Virus record (IMG/VR): IMGVR_UViG_3300036983_000059
Span: 1 to 56,440 of that record
Origin: a virus
Taxonomy: Duplodnaviria > Caudoviricetes
Length of the DNA: 56,440 nucleotides
Reading direction: 5' to 3' (one strand)
Shown: positions 29,997 through 38,740 of the stretch, in pieces
Numbering within the stretch: the first letter of the stretch is position 1
How the letters are laid out: each line of letters starts with the position of its first letter
Program-made: the position numbers and the translations under genes
The notes under the pieces: model-generated
Told to the model about the DNA's origin: nothing
The model's database searches: none
Seen by the model: the letters and a program-made list of their open reading frames with translations, nothing else

Positions 29997-30191
29997 ATGC
30001 TAAAACAAACTATAATAAAAACCGCAACAATCGAAGACACGACGGCAATAATAGAAATGTTTGGAAATGGTTTTGCAGAAATAAAAGCTTATAAAGGAGG
30101 ACAAGTTATAGATGGTGATGTTTTTGCAGAAAGTGAAATTGATTCAAAAATGGAAATATTTGCACCATTAAATGAATGGAAAATATTATAA
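29997..30191 (+). CDS. Hypothetical protein
   Basis: AAGGAG RBS. Confidence 0.55.
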   Translation: MLKQTIIKTATIEDTTAIIEMFGNGFAEIKAYKGGQVIDGDVFAESEIDSKMEIFAPLNEWKIL

Positions 30192-30204
30192 ATGGGAGGC
30201 TTTA

Positions 30205-30285
30205 ATGAAAATATCAATAATAGCAATAGTGTTGATAGCAGTTGCGCTTATAGTATTAGCAATTATATGTCAAAATACACTTTAG
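30205..30285 (+). CDS. Small membrane peptide (26 aa)
   Basis: GGGAGG RBS; MKISIIAIVLIAVALIVLAIICQNTL. Confidence 0.45.
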   Translation: MKISIIAIVLIAVALIVLAIICQNTL

Positions 30286-30294
30286 GGGGAAAAC

Positions 30295-30453
30295 ATGAAT
30301 CAATTGATATTTACAAATCCTTCAAATCACAAAGATTTGCAAGCAATTTCAGATATTAGAAATATCATTAAAGATTTCAATTACTCAGAAAAAATAAACA
30401 TTTTAAAGTACATTAGAGAAACTATTGAAATTGAGGTGGAAAATGGCAGATAG
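30295..30453 (+). CDS. Small hypothetical protein (52 aa)
   Basis: AGGGGG RBS; fills the gap and overlaps the next gene. Confidence 0.45.
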   Translation: MNQLIFTNPSNHKDLQAISDIRNIIKDFNYSEKINILKYIRETIEIEVENGR

Positions 30454-30868
30454 CAAATTAAACTTTACTGATGATTATAATGCTTCTATTCGTAATATGA
30501 AAGTAGAACAATTGATTTGTGGCAAATGCATATATTATAGTGAGTCAAACTATTTTTGCCACAGTGAAACAGGTAAAATGGCTAATTGTAGCAAAGGATA
30601 TATGCGCGGGAAAGATATGCGTGATAAAAGTTTCAAAAATAAATTATTTGAAGGGTGTATGGAAGGAAAAAATGGAGTGGAGCTTTGGAAGGCAATTGTT
30701 TCTCGTGCATCTAGTATTAATAACATGAAAGATGATAACATAAAAATTCTCGCCGTTGGGGTGGGCAAGCAATTTGATAAAAATAAGCATATTAAAGAAG
30801 CAATGGAATCAATCTATGAAGCCGAAAAAGTCGGGCATAGATGGGACAAAGGGAGTTTGAGAGAATGA
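30443..30868 (+). CDS. Cys-rich hypothetical protein
   Basis: GAGGTG RBS before ATG 30443; CGKC...C...C. Confidence 0.5.
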   Translation: MADSKLNFTDDYNASIRNMKVEQLICGKCIYYSESNYFCHSETGKMANCSKGYMRGKDMRDKSFKNKLFEGCMEGKNGVELWKAIVSRASSINNMKDDNIKILAVGVGKQFDKNKHIKEAMESIYEAEKVGHRWDKGSLRE

Positions 30869-30898
30869 AAAAATGTAAAGGTATAGAGGTGAAATCGG

Positions 30899-31105
30899 AT
30901 GAATAAATATCAAAAGTTAATTGCAAGAATGACACACAAAGAAATGGGTTATAAAATGAATCAATATTTTTGGAATAATTTCTTTATAACGAAAAAAGAA
31001 ATTAAAAGTTGTTGCAGATTTCAAACTGAAAGAAAAGAAGTAAAAAAGACTATTAAAAGGAGAGATTATGAGATTTGTAGGGCTTTTAGAATTAGTGGCG
31101 AATAA
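30899..31105 (+). CDS. Hypothetical basic protein
   Basis: GAGGTG RBS. Confidence 0.4.
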   Translation: MNKYQKLIARMTHKEMGYKMNQYFWNNFFITKKEIKSCCRFQTERKEVKKTIKRRDYEICRAFRISGE

Positions 31106-31165
31106 AGAAATATCGTTTGAGGATTTAGTTGCAGTTTGTGAAAGAGATTTAAAAATAAAAGTATC

Positions 31166-31438
31166 ATGAGGTGTACAATGGAAGCGGTAGAAATATACTT
31201 TAATCATATGAATAGAAACAGAAAATTTCATGAGATGTGTGAAAAAGCTTCAGGCAGAAGCGAAGATATAAATTTTTTGTTTAATGATCAAACTTTAGAA
31301 TTATCAGTATTTGCTCATGGCGAAGCTGCTTTAGAAATTAAAGAAATGCTAAAGAAAATAGGAGTAAAAAATGAAACGAACAAAAATAATAGAGTTGTCA
31401 AAGTTAGAAAGAATAGAGCAAACGAAATCGAAAATTAA
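31166..31438 (+). CDS. Hypothetical protein
   Basis: Operon context; GAGGTG RBS favours the internal Met (MEAVEIY). Confidence 0.5.
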   Translation: MRCTMEAVEIYFNHMNRNRKFHEMCEKASGRSEDINFLFNDQTLELSVFAHGEAALEIKEMLKKIGVKNETNKNNRVVKVRKNRANEIEN

Positions 31439-31541
31439 AATGCTAGAAAATACAATTAAAACTTTAGGAAAAGAAGTTGAGCAATTAACACAAATAAGAA
31501 ATGAATTTATTAAATTTTTAGAAAAACTGGAGGAATAAAAA

Positions 31542-31784
31542 ATGGAAACATTAGCGATAATATTTGGAGTAGTTTTATTTGGGGCTTTAATCATGCTTTT
31601 GAAGGTTTATGGGTTTTGGGCAAACTCAGAATATGAAAGAGAATTTTATGAAAATTGCACAAAAGAAAAAAATGAAGCAATAAAGCTGTTAAATGATGAC
31701 ATTTATATTTTGCACAAGCAAATTGATGAATTAAATGATGAAGTTAATAGAAAACAGGTTGGAGCACTTGGAAGCAATAGATAA
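31542..31784 (+). CDS. Membrane-anchored coiled-coil protein
   Basis: GGAGG RBS; N-terminal TM helix. Confidence 0.55.
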   Translation: METLAIIFGVVLFGALIMLLKVYGFWANSEYEREFYENCTKEKNEAIKLLNDDIYILHKQIDELNDEVNRKQVGALGSNR

Positions 31785-31798
31785 TAAAGGAGAAAACA

Positions 31799-32095
31799 AT
31801 GGCAAAAATTACAAGTTTTGAAGGTATAATAATTGGCAAATTTGTAAGAGCAAAAATTGACTATGTTCTATTTACGCAAAAAGATGAAAAGGTTAGAGAT
31901 ATAGAAGTTGGAGATAGGGCTAAGATAACAGATCTGCTGTTTAATAGGCTAAAAGAGTTAACACATATAGAAGTGACATTTGATGATAGAATATGGTTTT
32001 CAGACAATCAGAAGAGCTATTTTACTCCATCAGAGTTTAGAAAAATATATAGTAAAAATGCACAAAAGGAGGTAAAAGGATATACAGACGAATAG
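31799..32095 (+). CDS. Hypothetical protein
   Basis: AAGGAG RBS. Confidence 0.55.
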   Translation: MAKITSFEGIIIGKFVRAKIDYVLFTQKDEKVRDIEVGDRAKITDLLFNRLKELTHIEVTFDDRIWFSDNQKSYFTPSEFRKIYSKNAQKEVKGYTDE

Positions 32096-32274
32096 GAATG
32101 TTTAGAGTCCCTGCAGAATATGTGTACACAAGAAATGGAAATAATTTAGAAGAAATTAAATCCGTAATGCACAAAGTAATAGTAGTTAGATGTGAGTTTT
32201 TATATGCAGAAAGTCAATTCGAATTTTTCAAACAAAGTATATTTCTAAATTTTTAAGAAAGTGGGAGAACAAAA

Positions 32275-32874
32275 ATGGAATTTCATAAAAAACTAGTTTG
32301 TGAACAAATGATAATAAAAAGTATTGCAAATAAATATAATGATTATTTAGAGAAAATGAAAAATGAAGCGTTCCAAAAAACTGCAATAATGTTGTTTGAA
32401 GAAATCAGAAATAATGAAGGCGTGATGCTAGTTCCAACTTATAAAGAAGAAATGATAAATGTGTATGATGATATTTATAATGAGCCGATGCTTGAGTTTA
32501 AAATTACAATAACAATTTATAAGCTAGAAGAAGTTTTAAGATTCCAAGATTGGGACATCACAAAGGTTACTGATTTAAGCGGTTGGGGAAAAATTGGGAA
32601 AGCTGGCTATGATGTGACTCAAAAGCGAAAAGAATCAGAAACGCAAGAAGTGCAAATTTTAAGAAATGAGATTTTTGATGAATTGCGTAACGAAATAGTG
32701 TCAGCATTGAATGGAATTGATAAAGAAGATTGCAGCGTTGATGGATGGTGGGAAACTTCAACTGGTGCAGAGTTTGGAACTGAAAGATTAAATGCTGTAT
32801 TAAAAGCAATAGATAAGGCGGAAGAAGAATATGCAAATAAAAATAAAACAAATAAAACCAAACAAGATAACTAA
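32275..32874 (+). CDS. Hypothetical protein (C-terminal GWWETSTGAEFG motif)
   Basis: GGGAG RBS; 199-aa ORF. Confidence 0.6.
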   Translation: MEFHKKLVCEQMIIKSIANKYNDYLEKMKNEAFQKTAIMLFEEIRNNEGVMLVPTYKEEMINVYDDIYNEPMLEFKITITIYKLEEVLRFQDWDITKVTDLSGWGKIGKAGYDVTQKRKESETQEVQILRNEIFDELRNEIVSALNGIDKEDCSVDGWWETSTGAEFGTERLNAVLKAIDKAEEEYANKNKTNKTKQDN

Positions 32875-33130
32875 TTTTATACAAATGTTTCAATATTACA
32901 AAATACAAAATAGATACAAAATGTTATGTGAAGAAGAAATTGCAAAAGCAGCTATGATGACAACATATAGCCAAGAAGAAATTGCAGAAGTAGCAAGAAA
33001 GATGTGTTTAAAATCTCAGCATAGTTTTGTGGGAGCAATAGTAAGAATAAGAGAGCTTTGTGCGGCAGGTTTTTCTTTAAATAATATTAAAAAAACATAT
33101 AATCTTGAGGAGGATAATAAAAATGTATAA
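32831..33130 (+). CDS. Hypothetical protein
   Basis: ORF overlapping its neighbours in an operon. Confidence 0.45.
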   Translation: MQIKIKQIKPNKITNFIQMFQYYKIQNRYKMLCEEEIAKAAMMTTYSQEEIAEVARKMCLKSQHSFVGAIVRIRELCAAGFSLNNIKKTYNLEEDNKNV

Positions 33131-33380
33131 TCAAGAAAAATTAAATAACTTAATTGATGATTTTATTTTTGCTAAAGTTAATGCCAAAGATATGTTTAAC
33201 GAAGAAATAATTTTAGCAAGGGAGCAATATGCCATAGCTTTACAAGATTTTAATTATGCAGAACCTAGTTTTATAGATACCGCAATATATAATCTATTTT
33301 TATATCAATGTATTGTCCATGCTAATATTCTTTTATTCTTTCCAGATAGTGCTTCCAATCTCTTTTCTATAGTTGATTAA
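33123..33380 (+). pseudogene. DUF2508/YaaL-like gene disrupted by an 82-bp inversion (33296-33377)
   Basis: A...FNYAEP..IDTAIYNL matches DUF2508; re-inverting the segment restores in-frame STIEKRLEAL...IH*. Confidence 0.6.
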
Positions 33381-33504
33381 ACACTACGAGGCTCAAGGAT
33401 GATTAAAAACTAAGTTGCCAATATAATTTAAAGTATTGATAAAAAGTTCAATCTTGAGCCTTGTATTGATAAGCTAGAGTTGAAATAATAATTGTAAAAA
33501 ACTA

Positions 33505-33533
33505 TTTACAAAGTGACGAAATAGGTATATAAT
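33505..33533 (+). promoter_or_regulatory. sigmaA-like promoter
   Basis: TTTACA-17 bp-TATAAT. Confidence 0.7.
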
Positions 33534-33745
33534 TAAACCAAGAACAAACAAGTTTTAAAAAAGCTTGATGATTTGTTGCACAAGAGGCCAGGTTGTTGAC
33601 TATAACTATTATACATTTAGTTGGGGCTAAACTATATCTTGCGAGTTATATTCTCATAAAACAAATGTTATCCTAGGCCATCATCTTGAAATTAATTTAT
33701 AATATTTACTAGTTAAAGCAAACTAAATGAATTAAATGAGGTGCT

Positions 33746-33773
33746 TTTTAGCATTTTTATAAAAATGCTAAAA
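33746..33773. repeat. Perfect 28-bp palindrome
   Basis: TTTTAGCATTTTTATAAAAATGCTAAAA equals its own reverse complement. Confidence 0.9.
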
Positions 33774-33840
33774 CAAAAGTTTATTAATCAATTAATAAAG
33801 GGACAAACCAAAATTAAAAATATTTTAGGAGTTGATTCAA

Positions 33841-34053
33841 ATGTCTAATTTTAAATCTCTTTTTAAAAATCAATATAACAAATTAGTTGATCATCCATCA
33901 GCCAAACCTACTATTTGTAACAATCATCTACAAAAAGATAATTTTAGTTTTGTATCTGAGTATGAAATTAAATCAGTTGATATTTCACCTGCTAGCTCTG
34001 ATAAAACAAGAAATGAAAATAATAGATATAAAAATGAATTAATACTCAAATAA
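33841..34053 (+). CDS. Hypothetical protein
   Basis: AGGAG RBS before ATG 33841. Confidence 0.4.
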   Translation: MSNFKSLFKNQYNKLVDHPSAKPTICNNHLQKDNFSFVSEYEIKSVDISPASSDKTRNENNRYKNELILK

Positions 34054-34144
34054 AAGAAGGAAATATTCGACTATTGATATAATTGACTCCAAACTCCATT
34101 GCTTTAACTCGCAAGTATTATAAATTCAAATAAAATTCTATTAA

Positions 34145-34360
34145 GTGGTGAAAAATATGAACATAACAAAAGAGCAATTTGTTAGTTTAGCCATGAAAGA
34201 ATTACAACGAAGAAAAGATAAAAAAGAAATTGAAAAAAATAAACCAAAAGAAAATAAACCAAAAGATGAAACGCAAATTATTGAATATATAAGAGAAAAA
34301 TCGAGAAAAAATAAAGCAAGATTTGCAAACACAAAATTAACTGGAAAAAATAATTTTTAA
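34145..34360 (+). CDS. Hypothetical basic protein
   Basis: Lys-rich ORF; start uncertain. Confidence 0.4.
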   Translation: MVKNMNITKEQFVSLAMKELQRRKDKKEIEKNKPKENKPKDETQIIEYIREKSRKNKARFANTKLTGKNNF

Positions 34361-34569
34361 TCAATAAAGAAAAAAAAGAAAGTTTACACGCTTTTTAAGA
34401 AGGTAAACTTTTTTCATTTTTCTTTTTGCCATAAAATAATCTTTTTTCAGCGAAAACGCAAAACAAAAAAATCAATAAAAACTACTGTATCTAAATTTGT
34501 AAAAAATAAAAGATAATAAATAGCGAATAAGACGAATAAAACAAATTGTAAAATAGGAGTGAATAAAAA

Positions 34570-35187
34570 ATGGCTAAAGGTAAAAAGAAATCGTGCAAGG
34601 TTTGTGAAAGTCAAAATCGTCTTGAAATAGAAATATGGAAATTAGTAGATGGCTTATCGCCAAGACCAATAGAGGATAAGCTATACGAAGAAAAGGGGGA
34701 AGAAATAAGCCATGCTACTATTAATACTCACTTTAGAGATCATGTAGATAAAAAACGTGAATTAACTGTTAAATATATGGCTCACAAACGTGCTATAGCT
34801 GATGGCACAGCAATAGATGATTCAGATGAAACAGGTATTAAGTTAAAAGAGTTAAATAGATTAGATGACTCAATAGGGGAAGCACATATTTTAGTGCAGG
34901 CTGCCAGCAGGGAGATTAGGAATCAGCTTAAGATGAAAATCGCTAAAACTACTACTAGTGTTAAAGGTAGTAAGATAAAGTTAAGCGATGAGAATGGAAA
35001 CTTGGTTACCTATACACCTCTACAACAGGTACTAGTGCAGCTATATAAAACAGCATCAGAAGAGTTAAGACAATCGGTTAAAACTAAGATGGAAATATTA
35101 GGTGTAGATTCAGCCAGCAGAGCAGTAGATACTCAATCAACGCTAGTTGACCTTATTATGCAAGTAGAGGAAGCCGGTGATGAGTAA
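34570..35187 (+). CDS. terS: Terminase small subunit (putative)
   Basis: Directly upstream of and overlapping terL; CKVC...HTH-like...H..H N-terminus; helical body. Confidence 0.7.
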   Translation: MAKGKKKSCKVCESQNRLEIEIWKLVDGLSPRPIEDKLYEEKGEEISHATINTHFRDHVDKKRELTVKYMAHKRAIADGTAIDDSDETGIKLKELNRLDDSIGEAHILVQAASREIRNQLKMKIAKTTTSVKGSKIKLSDENGNLVTYTPLQQVLVQLYKTASEELRQSVKTKMEILGVDSASRAVDTQSTLVDLIMQVEEAGDE

Positions 35188-36650
35188 TGAAGTCTAATGC
35201 TAATGCAAAGGCTAAAATGATCTCTACTAGGCTGAAGCAAGATGGCGTATACTTTATTAGAGAAATACTAGGCGAAAAGCTATGGAGTAAACAAAGGGAA
35301 ATAGTAGAATCAGTTTGGAATAATAAAAAAACAACAGTTAAAGCTTGCCACGGTATAGGTAAAAGCTTCACTGCAGGAAAGATTATATTGGCTTTTTTGT
35401 TTAGCTTTAAAAACAGTATAGTTCTTAGTACAGCTCCTACATGGAGACAAGTAGAAAAACTTATATGGAAAGAAGTGAGAGCAGCCTATGCTAAATCAAG
35501 AGTTCCATTAGGTGGAGAATTAATGCCAAAGAGCCCTGAATTGCAAATAATACAAGATCAATGGTATGCTGCTGGTATTAGTACAAATGATCCTAATAGA
35601 TTTCAAGGGTTTCATGAAGAGCACATATTGGTTATAGCAGATGAAGCTGCTGGTATTAATGAAGATATATTTATTGGTATGGATGGATTGCTTACCTCTG
35701 CCAATTCAAGGCTTTTGCTAATAGGAAATCCAACTTCAACAAGTGGATCATTCTATGGATCATTTAAAGATCCCAGCTTTAATAAGATATCTATTAGTTG
35801 TTATGAAACACCAAATTTTAGAGCATTCAATATATTGCCTGCTGATATTGCTAACGGGAATTGGTTTAACAAGATAGGCAATAGGAAAATGATAGCACCT
35901 AAGATGATAACACCCGAATGGGTGGCAGATAAGCATAGAAAATGGGGAGTTGATTCTCCACTATATCAAAGCAGAGTATTAGGGCAATTCCCAACAGAAG
36001 GTGATGATACTTTAATTCCACTTAGTTGGGTTGAGTTAGCAATGGAAAGATGGGAAGAAACTCCCGAAGGCAGCGTTATAGAGCTGGGTGTTGACGTTGC
36101 TGAATTTGGTTCTGACAGCACATGTATAGCTACTAGAAAAGGGAGAAAAGTTCTTCCACTAGAAGTTTATGCAAAACAAAGCGTTATGGAAACAGCAGGC
36201 AAGGTAATGGCTAAATATTTCCAAGACAATCCTTCAGCTATAAAGATAGATGTTATTGGTTTAGGAACTGGAGTTGCAGGAAGATGTGCTGAGCAAGGTG
36301 CACCAATAACAAGGGTAAATGTTGCTGAATCTCCTGGCGGTGGCGATGATCAAAAAGAAAGATTTATAAATAAAAGATCGCAATTGTGGTGGGCATTAAG
36401 AGAAGCCTTAGATCCTGATGCAGAAAACAATCCAAACCCTTTAGCTTTGCCTAAAGATGAAGAGCTTTTGATGGACCTATCTTCTGTTAAATATAAAATA
36501 AATTCGAATGGTAAAATCCAAGTAGAGAGTAAAGATGATATGAAAAAGCGAATACATAGATCCCCAGATAGAGGGGATGCAGTTGTTTTAGTAAACGCAC
36601 CTCAATCTTTGCTAGAAGAAAAAGAAGCAGCAACGCCAAACATTAGGTAA
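35187..36650 (+). CDS. terL: Terminase large subunit
   Basis: LWSKQ, ACHGIGKS, TAPTWRQV, IADEAAG, IGNPT, LGVDVAEFGSD, SPDRGDA. Confidence 0.95.
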   Translation: MKSNANAKAKMISTRLKQDGVYFIREILGEKLWSKQREIVESVWNNKKTTVKACHGIGKSFTAGKIILAFLFSFKNSIVLSTAPTWRQVEKLIWKEVRAAYAKSRVPLGGELMPKSPELQIIQDQWYAAGISTNDPNRFQGFHEEHILVIADEAAGINEDIFIGMDGLLTSANSRLLLIGNPTSTSGSFYGSFKDPSFNKISISCYETPNFRAFNILPADIANGNWFNKIGNRKMIAPKMITPEWVADKHRKWGVDSPLYQSRVLGQFPTEGDDTLIPLSWVELAMERWEETPEGSVIELGVDVAEFGSDSTCIATRKGRKVLPLEVYAKQSVMETAGKVMAKYFQDNPSAIKIDVIGLGTGVAGRCAEQGAPITRVNVAESPGGGDDQKERFINKRSQLWWALREALDPDAENNPNPLALPKDEELLMDLSSVKYKINSNGKIQVESKDDMKKRIHRSPDRGDAVVLVNAPQSLLEEKEAATPNIR

Positions 36651-36653
36651 ATT

Positions 36654-36774
36654 TATGTGGTGGTGGAATAAGTAGACACTTGGCATAGGCATAAGAATGC
36701 TTCGAAGCGTAATAAAAATGTTAGAACTGCCTAAATCCTGCATTCATGTAAGGTGCGAATCCTTGCCCACATAA
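36654..36774 (+). ncRNA. tRNA-like RNA 2 with an extended structure replacing the anticodon arm
   Basis: Acceptor TATGTGG/CCACATA; Leu-like D-arm TGGTGGAATAAGTAGACAC; T-arm GTAAGG-TGCGAAT-CCTTGC; 68-nt insert containing TAGGCA/TGCCTA. Confidence 0.7.
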
Positions 36775-36807
36775 CGAAATAATATTAAGTGAAAAGGGGG
36801 AAAAACA

Positions 36808-36984
36808 ATGTCATATAGTATTTTTAGTCAATGCTCACTTTGTGATAAAAAGAGCGATTGCACAGATTTAAAAGAAATTGAAAAAGCAGTAATAGCAATT
36901 CATTTCAAAGGTTTTGAAGATGGCCATAAAGGTGGTGGAGTAATAAATTTGCATTGTGTAAGACAATCAAGCAGTGCAAATTAA
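36808..36984 (+). CDS. Small Cys/His-rich protein (missed by the ORF track)
   Basis: AAGGGGG RBS; MSYSIFSQCSLCDKKSDCTDLKEIEKAVIAIHFKGFEDGHKGGGVINLHCVRQSSAN; TAATG overlap with the radical SAM gene. Confidence 0.65.
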   Translation: MSYSIFSQCSLCDKKSDCTDLKEIEKAVIAIHFKGFEDGHKGGGVINLHCVRQSSSAN

Positions 36985-37955
36985 TGAAAAATGTAGTAAT
37001 TGAAATTACAAACAAGTGCAATTTAAATTGTAAGCATTGCGGCTCAACAAAAAATAATGACGAATTAAGCGTTGAAGCAATTAAGACATTATTGAGTGAT
37101 TTAAACGAAGTAAAGCATATTTCAATTACAGGTGGTGAGCCAACCCTCCACAAAGATATAGTTGAAATAGTTAAATTATGCTCAGCCAAATGCAATACAA
37201 GTATAATCACAAATGCAACATGCAGTGAAAAATTATTAAGGGAAATTATAGATGCAGGTATTGACTTAATTTCTTTTAGTGTTGATGGACTCCCAAAGAC
37301 TCATGATGAAATCAGAAATAAAAAAGTAAGTATTAATATGTTTAGATTAATAAATGTTGCTAAGTGGTATGTAGAGATTTCTGCAGTGACGACGGTAACT
37401 AAGCAAAATATAAATGAATTAAGAGAAATTCGAAGTTGGTTATTTGAAAATGGTTTTGATAGGTGGCAACTTCAATTAGGAATTCCTTATGGTAACATGA
37501 CAAAAGAAAACATGATAGAGCCAAAGCAAATAATTGACATAATAAAAGTTGCTCATGAAACTCAAAGTTTAATTGTAGATTTAGCTGATTGTGTTGGCTA
37601 CTATAGCAAGCTAGAGCATGAAGTTAGAACGAAGAACAATTGTGCTTGGAGTGGATGTCAAGCAGGTAAATCTGTTTTAGGAATATTAGCAAATGGTGAT
37701 GTTGTTGGTTGCACTTCAATAAGGGATAAAAATTTTATTGAAGGGAATATTTATAATGAATCAATTAAAGATATATGGCAAAACAAGTTTAATGCATTAA
37801 GAAATTTATGCCAAGCAGATTTATCTGGTAAATGCAAAAATTGTAAATACACAATGTGTTTAGGAGGTTGTCACAGCATGAAAATAGCCCTCAATAATTC
37901 TTTATATAGTGAAAATAATTATTGTATGTATAACTTGGCTAGAACGGAGGGTTAG
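36984..37955 (+). CDS. Radical SAM enzyme with SPASM domain
   Basis: CNLNCKHC; ITGGEP; FSVDG...HDEIR; SPASM CQAG...GDVVGC...GNI...CKNC....CLGGC. Confidence 0.92.
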   Translation: MKNVVIEITNKCNLNCKHCGSTKNNDELSVEAIKTLLSDLNEVKHISITGGEPTLHKDIVEIVKLCSAKCNTSIITNATCSEKLLREIIDAGIDLISFSVDGLPKTHDEIRNKKVSINMFRLINVAKWYVEISAVTTVTKQNINELREIRSWLFENGFDRWQLQLGIPYGNMTKENMIEPKQIIDIIKVAHETQSLIVDLADCVGYYSKLEHEVRTKNNCAWSGCQAGKSVLGILANGDVVGCTSIRDKNFIEGNIYNESIKDIWQNKFNALRNLCQADLSGKCKNCKYTMCLGGCHSMKIALNNSLYSENNYCMYNLARTEG

Positions 37956-37957
37956 AG

Positions 37958-38740
37958 GTGAAAGAACTTGAAGTGTTAAAAGAACTCCTAGATTTTATAG
38001 GTATTAAAGAAGCGATAGAAATGCTTAAGAAAGAAGGTGGAAAACCAAAATGGGGAAGTGGTGGTTCTAGTGGAGGAGGCGGAGGATCAGGAAGCGAAGA
38101 GCCAAAACAGTTAGAGGTTAGCGAAGTTGAAGAACAAGTAAATAATTTTTATAATAAATTAGATAGTGAAGAATTGGAAACTCTAAAAGAATATATAGAT
38201 TCTGAAAACTCATTTGTAATCAATGACATGCTTAATTCTGGAGTTTATAATGAAATAAAAAATAATACTTATGGAATAGTAGACGATCTCGAAGCCAGAA
38301 ACTTTAAGAACATAGATAATCTATCAAGTATTATTGATAAAGCGGATGCAATTCCTCGTGATATTAAAGTGTTTCGGTATTCTGATGAAAAATTCATTTA
38401 TGCAGTTAGCAAATCTTTTGGAGATAAGGATTTTTCCAATAATGTTTTGAAAGCAATAAAAGATAAAGATCATGTTGAAATGGCAAAATTAATGAACTCA
38501 AAAGGTGCGTCTAGCTTTACTAATAAATCGTTTGTAAGTACAAGCTTTAATAAAAAGAAAAATGAATTTACTGATAGAAAAGTATTAATTGAATTAAGTG
38601 TAAAAAAAGGTCAAAAAGCTTTAATAACAAATAATTTTAAAGAGTCTGAAATATTGTTTGACAAAGGGACAAAAATGAATATAAGCGGTTACAAAATGGA
38701 TGGTGAAAAAATGATAGTGAAAGTTGAGGTAACCCAATGA
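37958..38740 (+). CDS. ADP-ribosyltransferase (VIP2/C3-like, R-S-E clade) with helical and Gly-rich leader
   Basis: L.EY...IN..L; IKVFR; FVSTS; IELSVKKG.KA; KESEILF.KGTK. Confidence 0.85.
   Translation: MKELEVLKELLDFIGIKEAIEMLKKEGGKPKWGSGGSSGGGGGSGSEEPKQLEVSEVEEQVNNFYNKLDSEELETLKEYIDSENSFVINDMLNSGVYNEIKNNTYGIVDDLEARNFKNIDNLSSIIDKADAIPRDIKVFRYSDEKFIYAVSKSFGDKDFSNNVLKAIKDKDHVEMAKLMNSKGASSFTNKSFVSTSFNKKKNEFTDRKVLIELSVKKGQKALITNNFKESEILFDKGTKMNISGYKMDGEKMIVKVEVTQ

Noticed and set aside
30519-30728. 69-aa + strand ORF
   Set aside because: It is nested out of frame within the 30443-30868 gene and lacks an RBS.
32080-32256. Possible truncated gene (RRIGMFRVP...VVRCEFLY) with a short inverted tail
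   Set aside because: Suggestive, but the start is unclear and the inverted piece is too short and AT-rich to support.
20102-36774. Calling the two tRNA-like elements functional tRNAs, tmRNA or intron-containing tRNAs
   Set aside because: No 7-nt anticodon loop in canonical position and no tag ORF; the inserts are far shorter than group I introns.
36954-36983. Upstream extension of the radical SAM ORF
   Set aside because: It lies inside the Cys-rich peptide gene; TAATG coupling supports a start at 36984.
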